From assembly GCA_964410585.1 (NCBI GenBank), contig CAYPFW010000001.1, positions 192,001 to 256,000 of the forward strand: a stretch of DNA of 64,000 nt. Direction: 5' to 3'. The stretch's first letter is position 1, and the number at the start of each line of letters is the position of its first letter. A program made the position numbers and the translations under genes. The stretch comes from an uncultured archaeon (lineage in GTDB: Archaea; Aenigmatarchaeota; Aenigmatarchaeia; QMZP01; JACQNV01). Below, piece by piece: positions 27,466 to 40,300 of the stretch. A model generated the notes under the pieces. It saw only the letters and a program-made list of their open reading frames with translations. It ran no database searches and was not told where the DNA came from.

Positions 27466-29475
27466 TCAAACCTTCTGCACATGTCCAGGACTTGGCTCGA
27501 AAAGCATGCCCTCCCTTTTCAGTTTGTCAATCAATTCATCAATAGATTCTATGCCTTCTTTTTTTGCAGCTGTTTCTATATCTGAAATTGAAATCTCCTT
27601 TCTTATTTTTGACAAATCATTAATTATGTCCAAAACAATTCTAATGTTTGATCTCTCAGATGATGTAGTCATTCCTTCACTTCTATCAACATCTATCATT
27701 CCAGTTGAAGGATCCATTCCCAACTCTTTCAACGAAAATTTCATCAATCGAATAGCCCTCTGAGCATCCACTTTTCTCACTTCAGGTGAAAGCTGGACTT
27801 TTGCAGATGCCTCTGACAACCTGATCAAAGCCTCGAATTGCCTCAAGGTAATAGGTATTGGTGCACTTCCGCCTTCTGCCTGTTTTCTTGTTTCAATGTA
27901 GAACTTTTTCAGCATCTTTGAAGCTTCTGTTGTCAAAGTAGGTTTGCAATGTTCTTTTGCGTAAGCAATATATTTTCTGATAAAATCTCTTTCAAAAAAA
28001 GGCTTTGCTCCTTCATAGTCTTCTTCTCTTGAAGAAACAATATGATCTATGACTCTTTTGTCTTGCTCTGAATTTGGAACGTCTTTCAAAATAAATTTCA
28101 AATCAAACCTCGAGAGAAGTGTATCAGGTATAGTGATTTGTTTTGAAATAGGAAGATAAGGATCGAACCTAGAAAACTTTGGGTTTCCACCAGCTAAAAC
28201 AGATGTCTGTGCAGGGAGTGTGGCCACTATAGATGCTTTTGCAATTGAAACAGAACCTTGCTCCAAAGCTTCGTGCATTGCAACTTGGTCTTCTTGTGCC
28301 ATTTTTTCAAACTCGTCAACTGAAAGCAAACCCTTGTGAGCCAAAACCATTGCACCTGCTTCCAAAACCCAACCGCCCATGAACTGCTCATCTTTTGTGA
28401 CAGTTGCAGTCAAACCTGCTGTCGATGTTCCCTTTCCAGAAACATATTTTCCTCTTGGAACAATTTGGGGAACAAGCTTCATCAATTGCGATTTTCCTGC
28501 AGCGGGATCTCCAACTAAAAGGACATGTATTTCTCCTCTCAGCCTAGTGCCGTCTTTTAGTTTTTGTGGCACACCACTAAACATTTGGAGAATAATAGAT
28601 TCTTTTATCTCTTCCATCCCATACAAAGTTGGAGCAAGAGAAGCAACTAATTTTTTATAAACACTTTCATCCTTTGAAATTCTTTTTATTTCTTCCTCAT
28701 CCTCTTTGCTGATTTCAATTCCCTGCCAACCAATTTCAGTTGGCTCAACATAATTTGCATCCAAGTAAAAATCCAATTTCGCAGAATACATTTTCAATTT
28801 TGGAATATCTTTCAAAACACCTGTTATTTTTAGCCTGTTTCCTGGATCTGTTATCCTTCTTCCTGTTTGATTGACCAAATCGCCTGTGAGCAAAATAGTA
28901 ACTTGAGATGGCTTTTCGCCCTCTGTCAATTCAAACGGCTCTTCTATGACAATCCATCTTGTGTCAACCATTTTTTTCTCTGCCTGTTTGAACCCTCTCT
29001 TGTTTCCACAATCACACCATCTTGGAGGAAAAACAAAACCGCCTTTTCTTTCTTCTGTTAAAATTGTCCCACATTCAGGGCATTCCCACAAAGTCTCCAG
29101 AATTTCAGGTCTTATTTCAGATGCTTTTCTGACTGTGCCTTCAACAGAAATAAATTTATCCAAATGAGCAGACCTCAAATCTCTGATGTTGACGGAGGAT
29201 GCTAAATTTCTAACTCTTAGTTTTACTTTTGATTGAAGCTCGATCAAACCAATTGACCTCTCAGCTATTTCAAAAAAATCATTCGGCTTGTTTAGCAAAA
29301 CTTCTGCTAATTCTGCATTGTATTCATCTAAATCTTTGAAATCAATGGCCAGAATTTCACCTTTATTTGAAGCATCAACAAGCTGTTTATAATAAATTTT
29401 TCTTAGAAAACCCTCGAATTCTACAACTAGCCTTTGATCCACTTCTTTTATTTCTGCTTCTTTTGCCTCAACCAT
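27466..29475 (-). CDS. mcm: Replicative helicase MCM
   Basis: Zn finger, GDPAAGKSQ, GLTATV, LEAGAMVLA, DEFEKM, LLSRFDL, ITLRQFEALIRL; no intein. Confidence 0.97.
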   Translation of the reverse strand: MVEAKEAEIKEVDQRLVVEFEGFLRKIYYKQLVDASNKGEILAIDFKDLDEYNAELAEVLLNKPNDFFEIAERSIGLIELQSKVKLRVRNLASSVNIRDLRSAHLDKFISVEGTVRKASEIRPEILETLWECPECGTILTEERKGGFVFPPRWCDCGNKRGFKQAEKKMVDTRWIVIEEPFELTEGEKPSQVTILLTGDLVNQTGRRITDPGNRLKITGVLKDIPKLKMYSAKLDFYLDANYVEPTEIGWQGIEISKEDEEEIKRISKDESVYKKLVASLAPTLYGMEEIKESIILQMFSGVPQKLKDGTRLRGEIHVLLVGDPAAGKSQLMKLVPQIVPRGKYVSGKGTSTAGLTATVTKDEQFMGGWVLEAGAMVLAHKGLLSVDEFEKMAQEDQVAMHEALEQGSVSIAKASIVATLPAQTSVLAGGNPKFSRFDPYLPISKQITIPDTLLSRFDLKFILKDVPNSEQDKRVIDHIVSSREEDYEGAKPFFERDFIRKYIAYAKEHCKPTLTTEASKMLKKFYIETRKQAEGGSAPIPITLRQFEALIRLSEASAKVQLSPEVRKVDAQRAIRLMKFSLKELGMDPSTGMIDVDRSEGMTTSSERSNIRIVLDIINDLSKIRKEISISDIETAAKKEGIESIDELIDKLKREGMLFEPSPGHVQKV

Positions 29476-29556
29476 AAACCTTTTTGAAAAAAGGTTTAAT
29501 CCAAAAAGGAGCCTATTTTTGCTTCACTGCTGTTCGCAAAAATTTACGGCTTCCAC
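29476..29556 (-). repeat. Dispersed hairpin repeat, full copy abutting mcm start codon
   Basis: Minus strand GTGGAAGCCG-taa-ATTTTTGC-loop-GCAAAAAT-AGGCTCC-...-AAACCTTTT..AAAAGGTTT-ATG. Confidence 0.8.
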
Positions 29557-29643
29557 TAGATTACACCTTTGTTTCCCCCAGAAAAAATAAAATAGTGTTT
29601 ATCAATTGGTTCTGGTTAATAAATACTTTGGTAGACAAAGAAA

Positions 29644-30363
29644 TTAATCCTTAGCAGGTTTAACATCTATTCCAATCTCTTCTAATTTTTCCTTGAACTT
29701 TTTCAAAGCTCTGTGTATGTCTTCGATGCTGTGCGCACCTGTACAAATTATTTTTCCAGAACTAAACAATAGGAAAGCTACTCTAGGTTCAGAAATTCTG
29801 TAAACTAAACCTGGAAATTGTTCTGGCTCGTATTCTGCATTTTCAAGCATGAAGGCTATTTCTTCCAAATTTATTTTTGCATCTATCTTGCTTGAAGCGA
29901 CAATATTTTCAATTATTATATCGAATTTTTTTGGAGTTTTTATCCCAACTTCGCTTATTTTTTCAGCGACTTTTTGCATTGCTGCTTTTGAATTCTCTAT
30001 ACTTTTTGCGCCTGTGCATACGATTTTCCCAGATGAGAATATCAAAGCTGCAGCCCTTGGGTTTTGTGGCCTGTAAACTAAACCAGGAAACTGTTCTGGC
30101 TCGTATTCTGTGTTTTCTATCTCTTCGACGAGTTTTTCTAATGCTATTGTTATTCCTAAAGAAGCAAACGAAACAACATTTTCAACATTAATTGTGAATT
30201 CGCTCAACCTTTTTCCGCTAGCTGAAAAATTAGAATCTGTTTGTATTGGTTTTGAATCTGACTTTGTCTCAACTTGAGGCTTGCTGACTTCTTTTTTAGC
30301 AACCTTTGCTGGCTTAGCCGATTTCTTAGCAGGCTTAGAAACTTTCTTAGATTTTTTGACCAT
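29644..30363 (-). CDS. tbp: TATA-binding protein with Lys-rich N-terminal extension
   Basis: Two repeats of 'EYEPEQFPGLVYR...LIFSSGKIVCTGA'. Confidence 0.96.
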   Translation of the reverse strand: MVKKSKKVSKPAKKSAKPAKVAKKEVSKPQVETKSDSKPIQTDSNFSASGKRLSEFTINVENVVSFASLGITIALEKLVEEIENTEYEPEQFPGLVYRPQNPRAAALIFSSGKIVCTGAKSIENSKAAMQKVAEKISEVGIKTPKKFDIIIENIVASSKIDAKINLEEIAFMLENAEYEPEQFPGLVYRISEPRVAFLLFSSGKIICTGAHSIEDIHRALKKFKEKLEEIGIDVKPAKD

Positions 30364-30576
30364 TGATATCCCCCCATTAACGAAAAGGACTTATGTTATA
30401 AGCCCCAACTGGACGAAAAGCGACTATAATATAATCGTTTGCCCCTGACTGATAACTGTTTTGAAAGCTAGACTAATAGAATAGTTTATATAATTAATGG
30501 AGGAGGTATTTAAATACTATATAAATAGCCAAAATGACCCGATCAGCATTATTAATAGCTAAAACCAAATAATCGT

Positions 30577-30750
30577 ATGACAGGCGAACCATCTTTCACA
30601 TTCAGAGGAAAGAAAGAGACACCAATTTGCCTCAACTGCAAAGGCAAGATGAGGTTTGTTAGTTCACACAAGCCAAAATATAGGGATGAACACGATGTGT
30701 ACGAGTGCAAAAAGTGCAAGGTCAATTTCTTCGATTTTTGGTCGTATTAA
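30577..30750 (+). CDS. 57-aa zinc-ribbon protein (MTGEPSFTFRGKKETPICLNCKGKMRF...YECKKCKVNFFDFWSY)
   Basis: Manual translation; two CxxC pairs; not in ORF track. Confidence 0.6.
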   Translation: MTGEPSFTFRGKKETPICLNCKGKMRFVSSHKPKYRDEHDVYECKKCKVNFFDFWSY

Positions 30751-30777
30751 ATTTAGAATTTGTAAAAATTTCACTTT

Positions 30778-30860
30778 TGGAAGGCGTAAAAATTTTCCGA
30801 GCAAGAGCGAGAGAAAATTTTAGCCCCCTGTTTTTGATAAACCTTTTTAAGAAATTGTAT
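30778..30860 (+). repeat. Dispersed hairpin repeat copy
   Basis: TGGAAGGCGT-AAAAATTTTC-loop-GAAAATTTT-AGCCCCC-tgtttttgat-AAACCTTTTT (last stem decayed). Confidence 0.75.
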
Positions 30861-30914
30861 AATAGTTTCTTTTGGGATACCTTACCACTTTTCTTTTCTA
30901 AAGAAAGGGGGGAG

Positions 30915-31115
30915 CTACTTTTGGAATTTCCCAACAGTTTCAACAAGCTCAACGTGTCCTACAAATAGCGATCTGCAGCACAACCTTGTCAAGCCAAATG
31001 AATCCAAAACTTTTGCAGGGTCTTCTTTTGCAGCTACTCTTTCCTTAAATTTGCTGTAATACTGAGAAACAGGCTTGCCACATGTGAAGCATCTTACTGG
31101 TATGATCATAGGCAT
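30915..31115 (-). CDS. rpoN: RNA polymerase subunit Rpo10 (RpoN)
   Basis: MIIPVRCFTCGK...R.CCR motif. Confidence 0.96.
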   Translation of the reverse strand: MPMIIPVRCFTCGKPVSQYYSKFKERVAAKEDPAKVLDSFGLTRLCCRSLFVGHVELVETVGKFQK

Positions 31116-31323
31116 ATTTTAGGGTCTTGGGTTTATAAATTTGTTTTGTGCCAACTTCCAAAATCCATGTTTTCTCCTCTATATACTATATTACATATAT
31201 CCGAAGACCGAAACATATTTAAAACTTGCTGTTTTTCTACATATGGGTTAATAAAGCTTAGTTCAAAGTAAGTTGTAAATAGTTGTTATCCATCAGTGAC
31301 GTTTAATATAAGTTTTGGCACAT

Positions 31324-34300
31324 ATGTCTCAGAAATCAAACTCAAGTACTAGAGTTGCCTACATTTTTCTAGCTTTACTAGTATTCGGCCTTATCGCAGG
31401 AGCAGTTGCATATCCTGTTCAAATTAATATTTCTTCTAACCAAGCTGGCTTTACCACAACAACAATAGTTTGTGGCGACCCTTCTTGTTCTTCATATACA
31501 AATTCAAGACAAGACATCCCAACATTAACAAATTCAAATGGCTATTCTATTTCAGGATCAGGAAAAGTAAACTACATGGAGCTTGACTATAAAGCGTGCT
31601 ACTTACCACACATGTACAGGCTTCAAATGACAGATGCAACAACAAATGGCCCATATTCTGTAACAAGGAATTTCAATCAAAAATCAGATTGTACTTCAAC
31701 TGTGAATACAGTTCAAGCTTCAAATCCATCACCTTTTGAAAAAACGACAATTCAAATAAGTACAAATGTCCAAGGTGCTGTTAGTTTCCCAAAAGATGCT
31801 AACGGAAATCAATTTGATTTTTCAATGGTCAGTATTCCTAGCGATATAAAAGATTTCTATGATACAAAAACAAAAGTTGTTTTAAAGATCAAAGATTCTC
31901 AAGGAAGTGTGATATACACTTCACCTGAAAAAGAAGCATATCCTTTAGTGAATAAGTCAGAAACTGTTGTTTTTGATTATACACCTCAAATAGACGGACC
32001 GTTTACAGCTGAAATAGAGACACAAGTAACAGACTGTATGTGTACTTCTACACAACCTATTACAAGTTCACCTGTTTCTTTTTCTGTCCAAGATACAGAT
32101 CCTGTTGCTAGCTTTTCGTTTGGCACAGTAATCGAAGGACAAGACGCTCAATTTACAGACACCTCAACAAGCAACGACGGTTTAACATGGGAATGGAATT
32201 TCGGTGACGGAACAGCACTTGATACTAGACAGAATCCTACACACCGATTTTCAAAAGGCGGAGCTCACCAAGTGACTTTGACTGTAAGAGAAGCAGATGG
32301 AGACTCTAATCCAAAAACACAGATAGTAGATGTGCAAAATGTAAATGACAATCCTATAATAACTGCTACAATAAACCCAATAACGCTGAATGAAGATTTT
32401 GGGACACATGAAGTTGTTGATTTAACAACACTAGAATCAGACGAAGAAGATGGACCAGCATCTGATGCAAATAATTTGAGGTGGTCAGTTGTCTCTGTTT
32501 CAGATCCTTCTCTAATTGATGTTTCAATAGATGTAGGTTCAGAAAAACTTTCTTTAGTTTCCAAACAAGACAAATTTGGAACAGCTACTGTCACACTTAA
32601 ACTTTCAGATTCACAAAGCGGAGAGACAACAACATCTTTCAATGTTCAGGTAAACCAACAAGCAGAGACACAGGGATCGACAACAACAAACACACAAGTA
32701 TCAGCAGATTCTGTTTTCACAAACTCTCAGGGAACAAACTCAAACATACAGTCTTCTACAGTGACAGGCTCTACTATCATTGATTCTACTGTCACAAATT
32801 CAAACGTCCAAGACTCTTTCATCGACCCATCAACTGTTTCAGGATCAACAATAATCAGGTCTAGGATAGTAAACTCTCAAGTTACAAATTCGAACATCAC
32901 AGACTCCAACATTACAAACATGCAGGTTTCAAATGCGGTTGTTACAAACAATGTTTTGCAGTCAGGTACAATTGTTTACAATGGTCAAACATATACAGGA
33001 TCAATAAGTTTAGCTGAGATCCAAAACACAGCACCTGTTTCAACACAAACAGTGACACAAATAAGTTGGAACGAAGATTCTTCTGATTCAAGCCTTAATT
33101 TGAATACACAATTCTCTGATCCAGAAGGCCAGACACTTTCTTTCTCAAAAACAGATCCTTCAAATATTCAAGTTTCAATTTCAGCAAATGGACAAGTGAC
33201 TTTCACACCAGATACAAATTTCAATGGACAGAGATCAGCTCAATTCACTGCAACAGACATATTTGGAAAAACAGTTTCTATTTCAGTTACTTTAAATGTT
33301 ATTTCACAAAATGATCAACTCTCAATCACAACAACAGCGCCTACAACAGGAAGCCAAGGACTATTATATACATATGATATAGATGCATCAGATATAGATG
33401 GAGACCAACTTACATTTACTTTGCAAGCAGGTGCACCAACTGGAATGACAATAAACCCATCAACTGGGCTAATCCAATGGACTCCAACAAACAATCAAGT
33501 TGGAAATAATCAAGTGACTGTTCTTGTTTCTGATGGATCAACACCTATCCAACAACAATTCACAATATCTGTATCAAATGCAAACGATGCGCCTTCTCTT
33601 TCAGCAATTTCAAATCAAAATATAGCAGAAGACTCTACCCTTCAGTTCAATGTTTCTGCAGATGATCCTGATTTGGTATACGGCGATTCTTTGACATATT
33701 CAATAAATGATTCAAGATTCACAATCACAAAAATTTCAAACACTTTAGCTACTGTAAGTTTCTCTCCAACAAATTCAGAGGTTGGCACAATATCAGTTTC
33801 AGTCACAGTAAAAGACTCTCAGGATTTGACAATCACAAAAACATTTTCAGTTTTAGTTTCAAATACAAATGATCTTCCTGTGTTGGCAGATGTTTCAAAC
33901 CAAAATGTATTGGAAGACAGCACACTTCAATTTAATTTGACTGCGTCAGATGATGATCTAATACACGGTGATTCTCTTACATATACAGTCAATGATTCTA
34001 GATTTACAGTAAATAAAATATCAAACACACTAGCTACTGTTAGCTTCTCTCCAATAAATTCAGATGTTGGAACTTTCTCTGTTCAAGCAACTGTAACAGA
34101 TTCTTCAGGACAAACAAGTAAAAAAACTTTCACAGTTACTGTAGTAAATACAAATGATGCACCAACAGTCACTGTTTTGGAACCAAACGGAGGAGAATTG
34201 TGGAATGGAATAAGACAAATAAAATGGACTGCATCTGATGTTGATGTTGGCGACATATTGCTTGTAGACATATTCACAAGTGTTGATGGACAGGTTTTCC

Positions 34301-37300
34301 AAGTATTAGCAGAAAATGAAACAAATGATGGTGAATTCGATTGGAACACCGATCAATCATCAGATTCAACAAATCATAAAGTAAGAATTGAAATAAAAGA
34401 CGGAACAACAACAGTTTCAGATGATTCAGATTCTGCCTTCAGCTTAGATAACTCGGTCCCAAATACAGTTTTCGCTTCGCCTAATGCAGGAAATTATACA
34501 TCACATCAAAACATAACAGTAACAGCAACAGATCCTAATTTGCAAACAATAAGCATTTATGTGAATGGTTTACTTGCCAGTTCATCTTCAACATCACCTC
34601 TTGTATATTTGCTCACAGACGGTAATCATTCAGTTTATGCAAAAGCAAATGACACTTTAGGAAACTCTGTACAAACAGAAACTAGAAACATTTTCATCGA
34701 CAGTGTCGTGCCTTCTGTATCTTTCATCTCACCGACACCTTCAACAGGATTATTTGCAAACCAAAATCAAACAATAAACATCACAGGAACAGATAACAAC
34801 CTGGCATCTGTTGGTATAACATTTGTTGGAGAAGGTTCAGGAGGATCTGGTGGAGGTAGTGGAGGAAGTGGGGCTTCTGTTGGTGTCTCTGTGAACCCTG
34901 GAGAAACAACAAAAACACTTTCAACTACTCTCAGTGATGGAAATTATACATACTTTGGAACAGCAAGAGATATTTTAGAAAACAACGCTCAAACAGAAAC
35001 AAGGACATTATTTATCGACACAATAAACCCAACAATACAGTTTGAAAACCCAACTCCAGCAAATTTGGCGACTACTAATTCAAACCAAATAATAAATGTA
35101 AGCGGCTCAGACACAAATTTAGTTTCAATAGAAATATTTGTTGATGGCACCTTGAAGAACACATGTACATCTAACCTCTGTTCATATTCAATTGATGTTT
35201 CTCAACTTTCTGATGGACCTCACACATTCAATGCAACAATAATAGATATTGTTGGAAGCAAAACATCAACAGAAACAAGGACATTAGTTGTTGATAAAAC
35301 AGCCCCATCAATACAATTTGTTTCCCCAACACCTTCAGATCTTTCTGGAGTATCAGGAACGAAAATAATAAATGTAACAGCTTCTGATCTTAGTGCTTTT
35401 AATATAGTTATATACATAGATGGTCAAAACGTGACAACATGCTCATCATCTCTGTGTTCATTTGAGTGGAACACAACAACTTTTGCTGACGGTTCACATA
35501 GCATAAATGCAACATCTTCAGACAACGTTGGAAACCAAAATTCAACAGAAACAAGGACATTTACAATTGATAACACTGCTCCATCAATTTCTCTTGTTTC
35601 CCCTGCAAATGATACTTTATCAAATAGCCAAACTCAAAACTTCATTTTTGCAGCAAGCGATGCTATATACACATCAGTAAGTTGTAATTTGTACATAAAC
35701 AATAACTTAAGTGGTTCGAACTCATCTGTCCAATCAGGTGTAAACACAACAATAACAAACACTTCTGTTCCAGAAGGCACAAACACATGGTATGTGCAGT
35801 GTGCAGATGCACTTGGAAATACAAACACATCTGAAATGCGGACTTTGAAAACAGATTATACAAGCCCTCAAATTTCAAGCCACTCATTTTCTGGTCTCTT
35901 CCCTCTTACAGGAGTTAGTGATGGCGGATATTTCTCACCAGCAAACACAGATGGACAATTCGATTCAGTATCGCTAACAGTCAATACATCTGAAGAGGTT
36001 ATTTTCGGCCCTCAGTCTATTCAAATAGTTAATTCATCAGGACAAGTTGTAAACTCCTTTGATGGCCCAGGAGAAACTTCAAGATCAATATTAAGAACAT
36101 GGTTTGGAAATGATAGTGTAGGAAACATACTTCCAGATGGCGAATATACAATAAATATCACATTCACAGATTTGGCAGGAAACACAAAAACAGAAATTCT
36201 GAAAAATTTGGAAGCTGTAAATGACTTATTTATTATTGATAATACACCCGTGAATGTTATTCTAGGAAATGACAGAACAGTAAACGAGGGAGCTCTGCAA
36301 ACATTTGATGGTTCAAATTCAACAGACACAGGCTCTGAAATCAACACCTCATCTTTCGTCTGGAACTTCGGCGATAGCCAATCAGCAACAGGACAAACAG
36401 CCAACCACACATACTCACAAAATGGAACCTATACAGTGAGATTGAATGTCACAGACAATGTTGGAAACACAGGAACAAACACAATTGTTGTCACAGTAAA
36501 TGATTTAGCTCCTACATCATCTTTCACATTTAGCCCTTCAACAGGAATATTTGAAAACACAACAACTGTACAGTTCAATTCAACATCAACAGGATATGAT
36601 ACACCTCTGACATATTTCTGGGACTTTGGTGATTTATCAACTTCAACACAGGAGAACCCAACACACGTTTTTGCAAACAATGGAACATACACAGTAAACT
36701 TAACTGTGACAGATGCAGATGGATCGACAAACACAAGTTCGCAGACTTTGAATATCTTGGATAACTCGCCAACAGCAAACGCAGGACCAGACCAAACAGT
36801 GAATGAAGGCTCTATTGTTTTCTTTGATGGCTCAAACTCAACATCAAGCCCAGATTCAATATCTTCTTACTTCTGGGACTTTGGAGATGGAACAAATTCA
36901 ACAGGACAATCAGTTAACCATACTTATGTAAATAATAATACATACACAGTCACATTGACTGTCACAGATTCAGATGGAAGTACAAACTCAGATACACTTC
37001 AAGTTGCAGTGAATGACTTGGGTCCGACAGCTAACTTTACTTGGTCCCCAGAACCGCAGGACGAAGACCTTCCAGTACAATTCAACGACACATCAACATT
37101 TGTTGCAGATAATATAGTTTCTTGGTCTTGGAACTTTGGAGACGGTTCTCCAATAAACACAACGCAGAATCCAACACACGTTTATGGAAACCAAAACACA
37201 ACAAGAATATTCCAAGTTACTCTTACAATAATAGATTCAGATGGAAGTATAAGCTCAAAATCAAGCAACATAACAATCAATGCAGTGAATGATCCTCCTG

Positions 37301-40300
37301 TTGTTTCAACAATACCAAGCATAATTTTCAATGAGGACAGTTTCAATGATAGTTTGGTTCTTTCAAGCTTTGTTTCAGATGTAGACAATTCAGTGAGCGA
37401 GATAAATTGGTCAAGTTCACCAACACAAAATTTGACAATTTCAATAGACAACACAACAAAGAGACTTAATGTTTCTGCTGCTCCAAACTGGTTTGGAAAT
37501 GAAACGATTGTTTTGACGGCAACAGATGGACAGAACCAAACACAGAGCAACACAATAACTGTTATTGCAAATTCAGTAAACGACGCCCCTGTTATTTCAA
37601 CAACTGCACAAACATCTGCAACAGAAGATTCTTTGTATTCATATGATGTAAATGCAACAGATGTTGAAAGCGATACACTTTTGTTCACTCTGGAATCGGC
37701 GCCTTCTGGAATGACAATTGATTCCTCAACTGGTATAATATCTTGGACTCCAAACAACACACAAGTTGGTTCAAACAATGTGTCTGTACAAGTATCTGAT
37801 GGAAATAGTGGAATTGGTGAACAAAATTTCACAATTGTTGTTGCAAACAATGCACCAATAATTTCAAACCCAGGAACACAATCTGCAACAGAGGATTCTC
37901 AGTTTTCAATAGACATAAACAGCACAGATGAAAATGAAGGATTGGTTTTCAGTTTGATAAGCCCACCATCTGGAATGTCGATAAACTCAACAACAGGATT
38001 GATTTCTTGGACACCTACAAATACGCAAGTTGGCACAACAACATTAAATGTTTCGGTAGATGACGCTCATGGTGGAACAGCAACAACGACATTTGATATA
38101 AACGCTGGAAATAATCCAACAACAATCACAACAAATGCAACAACAACAGCAACAGAAGATACTTTGTATACATATGATGTCAACTCAACAGATGAAGGTC
38201 AAGGAGACTTTTTCAATTTAACAACTTTCCCACAAGGAATGACAATAGACAATTCAACTGGATTGATTTCTTGGACACCTCTAAACAATCAAGTTGGTTC
38301 AAACAATGTGGAAGTTGAAGTAGACGACGGAAAAGGAGGAAGCGATACACAAGCCTTCAGTATATCTGTTTCAAACAATCCCCCTTTGATCGCAACAACA
38401 GCTCTAACATCATCAACAGAAGATTCTTTGTATGAATATGATGTAAACTCAACAGATGAAGGTCAAGGACTTGTGTATAGTTTAACAACTTCTCCATCTG
38501 GGATGACAATAAACCAAACAACAGGAATGATAACCTGGACACCAATCAATTCTCAGGTTGGAATAAATTCAGTCACTGTTCTGGCAAACGACACAAAAAG
38601 TGGAACAACAACACAATCCTATTCACTAATTGTTTCAAATAATCCCCCTGTTTTCACTTCAACGGCGCCTACAACAGCAACAGAAGATTCTGAATATTTG
38701 TACGATGCAAATTCAACAGATGAAGGAGATGGAGCGACATTCTCTTTGACAACATCACCGGCAGGCATGACAATAAATTCAACAACAGGATTAGTTAATT
38801 GGACACCTCTGAACAACCAAGTTGGATCAAATTCAGTTGTCATAAGAGTAAATGATGGAAAAGGTGGACAGAAAAGTCAGTCATTCAGTATTTCGGTTTC
38901 AAACAATCCGCCAACAATAACAAGTTCAGCTGCTCTAAATGCAACAGAGGATTCTTTGTATACATATGATGTCAATTCAACAGATGATGGACAAGGAACA
39001 ATAACATATAGCTTGGCTTTGAGTCCAAGTGGAATGACAATTGATTCTTCTACTGGTTTAATTTCATGGACACCTTTGAATAATCAAGTTGGCACAAACA
39101 ATGTGTCTGTGCAAGTATCAGACGGCAACAGCGGTGTCGGAGAACAGAACTTCACAATTACAGTTTCAAACACAAATCCAACAATTTCCTCAACTGCATC
39201 GACAACTGCTACTGAAAACATTCAATATACATACGATGTAAACTCAACAGATGACGGACAAGGAACAATTTCTTACAGCCTGCTTTCATCTGTTTTTGGT
39301 ATGTCAATAAACCAGTCAACAGGTCTAATATCTTGGACACCAATTAACACACAAGTTGGTCCAAACAATGTTTCGATACAAGTATCTGATGGAAATGGTG
39401 GAACAGATACACAAAATTTCACAATTGTAGTTGCAAATTCAAATCCAACAATCACATCATCTCCTGTTGTTTCAGTAACAGAAGATTCATTATACACATA
39501 TGATGTAAACAGTGATGAAGATGGGGAAGGAGCAATAAGTTATCTTTTATTACTCTTACCTTCAGGAATGTCAATTAACTCAACAACAGGCGTGATAACA
39601 TGGACACCGACAAACGAGTATGTTGGTCCAAACAATGTGTCTGTACAAGTATCTGATGGAAATGGTGGAGTTGGCGAACAAAATTTCACAATTGTTGTTG
39701 CAAACAATCCTCCAATAATTTCAGATCCTGGAATACAATCAGCAACAGAGGACTCTCTTTTCACAATTGATATAAATTCAACAGATGAAGGTCAGGGATT
39801 GCTGTTCTATTTGGAAAGTGCACCAACTGGAATGACAATAAATGAAACAACTGGCTCGGTTTCTTGGACACCTCTAAACAATCAAGTTGGTTTGAACACT
39901 GTTAATGTGTCTGTAAACGATTGGCAAGGTGGTGTTTCAAGTCTTACATTCGACATTAATGTTCTAAACAATGCACCATTGATAACAACAAATGCAACAA
40001 TTTCTGGAGTAGAAGACTCATTGTATACATATGATGTTAATTCAACAGATGAGGGACAAGGAGCAACATACAATTTGACAACTTTCCCACAAGGAATGAC
40101 AATAGACAATTCAACTGGATTGATTTCTTGGACACCTCTAAACAATCAAGTTGGTTCAAACAATGTGGAAGTTGAAGTAGATGATGGAAACGGTGGAACA
40201 AACACACAAACATTTAGCATAAGTGTTTCAAACACAAACGATAATCCTGTTCTCTCAACAATTCCAACACAAAACACAACAGAAGATGTCTTATACCAAT

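Noticed and set aside
30705-30968. ORFs 30705-30968(+) and 30722-30952(-)
   Set aside because: They run through the hairpin repeat and overlap rpoN and the 57-aa zinc-ribbon ORF; likely spurious
37560-40260. Regularly spaced repeats resembling a CRISPR array or DGR
   Set aside because: They are in-frame Ig-like domain repeats; no spacers, cas genes or reverse transcriptase
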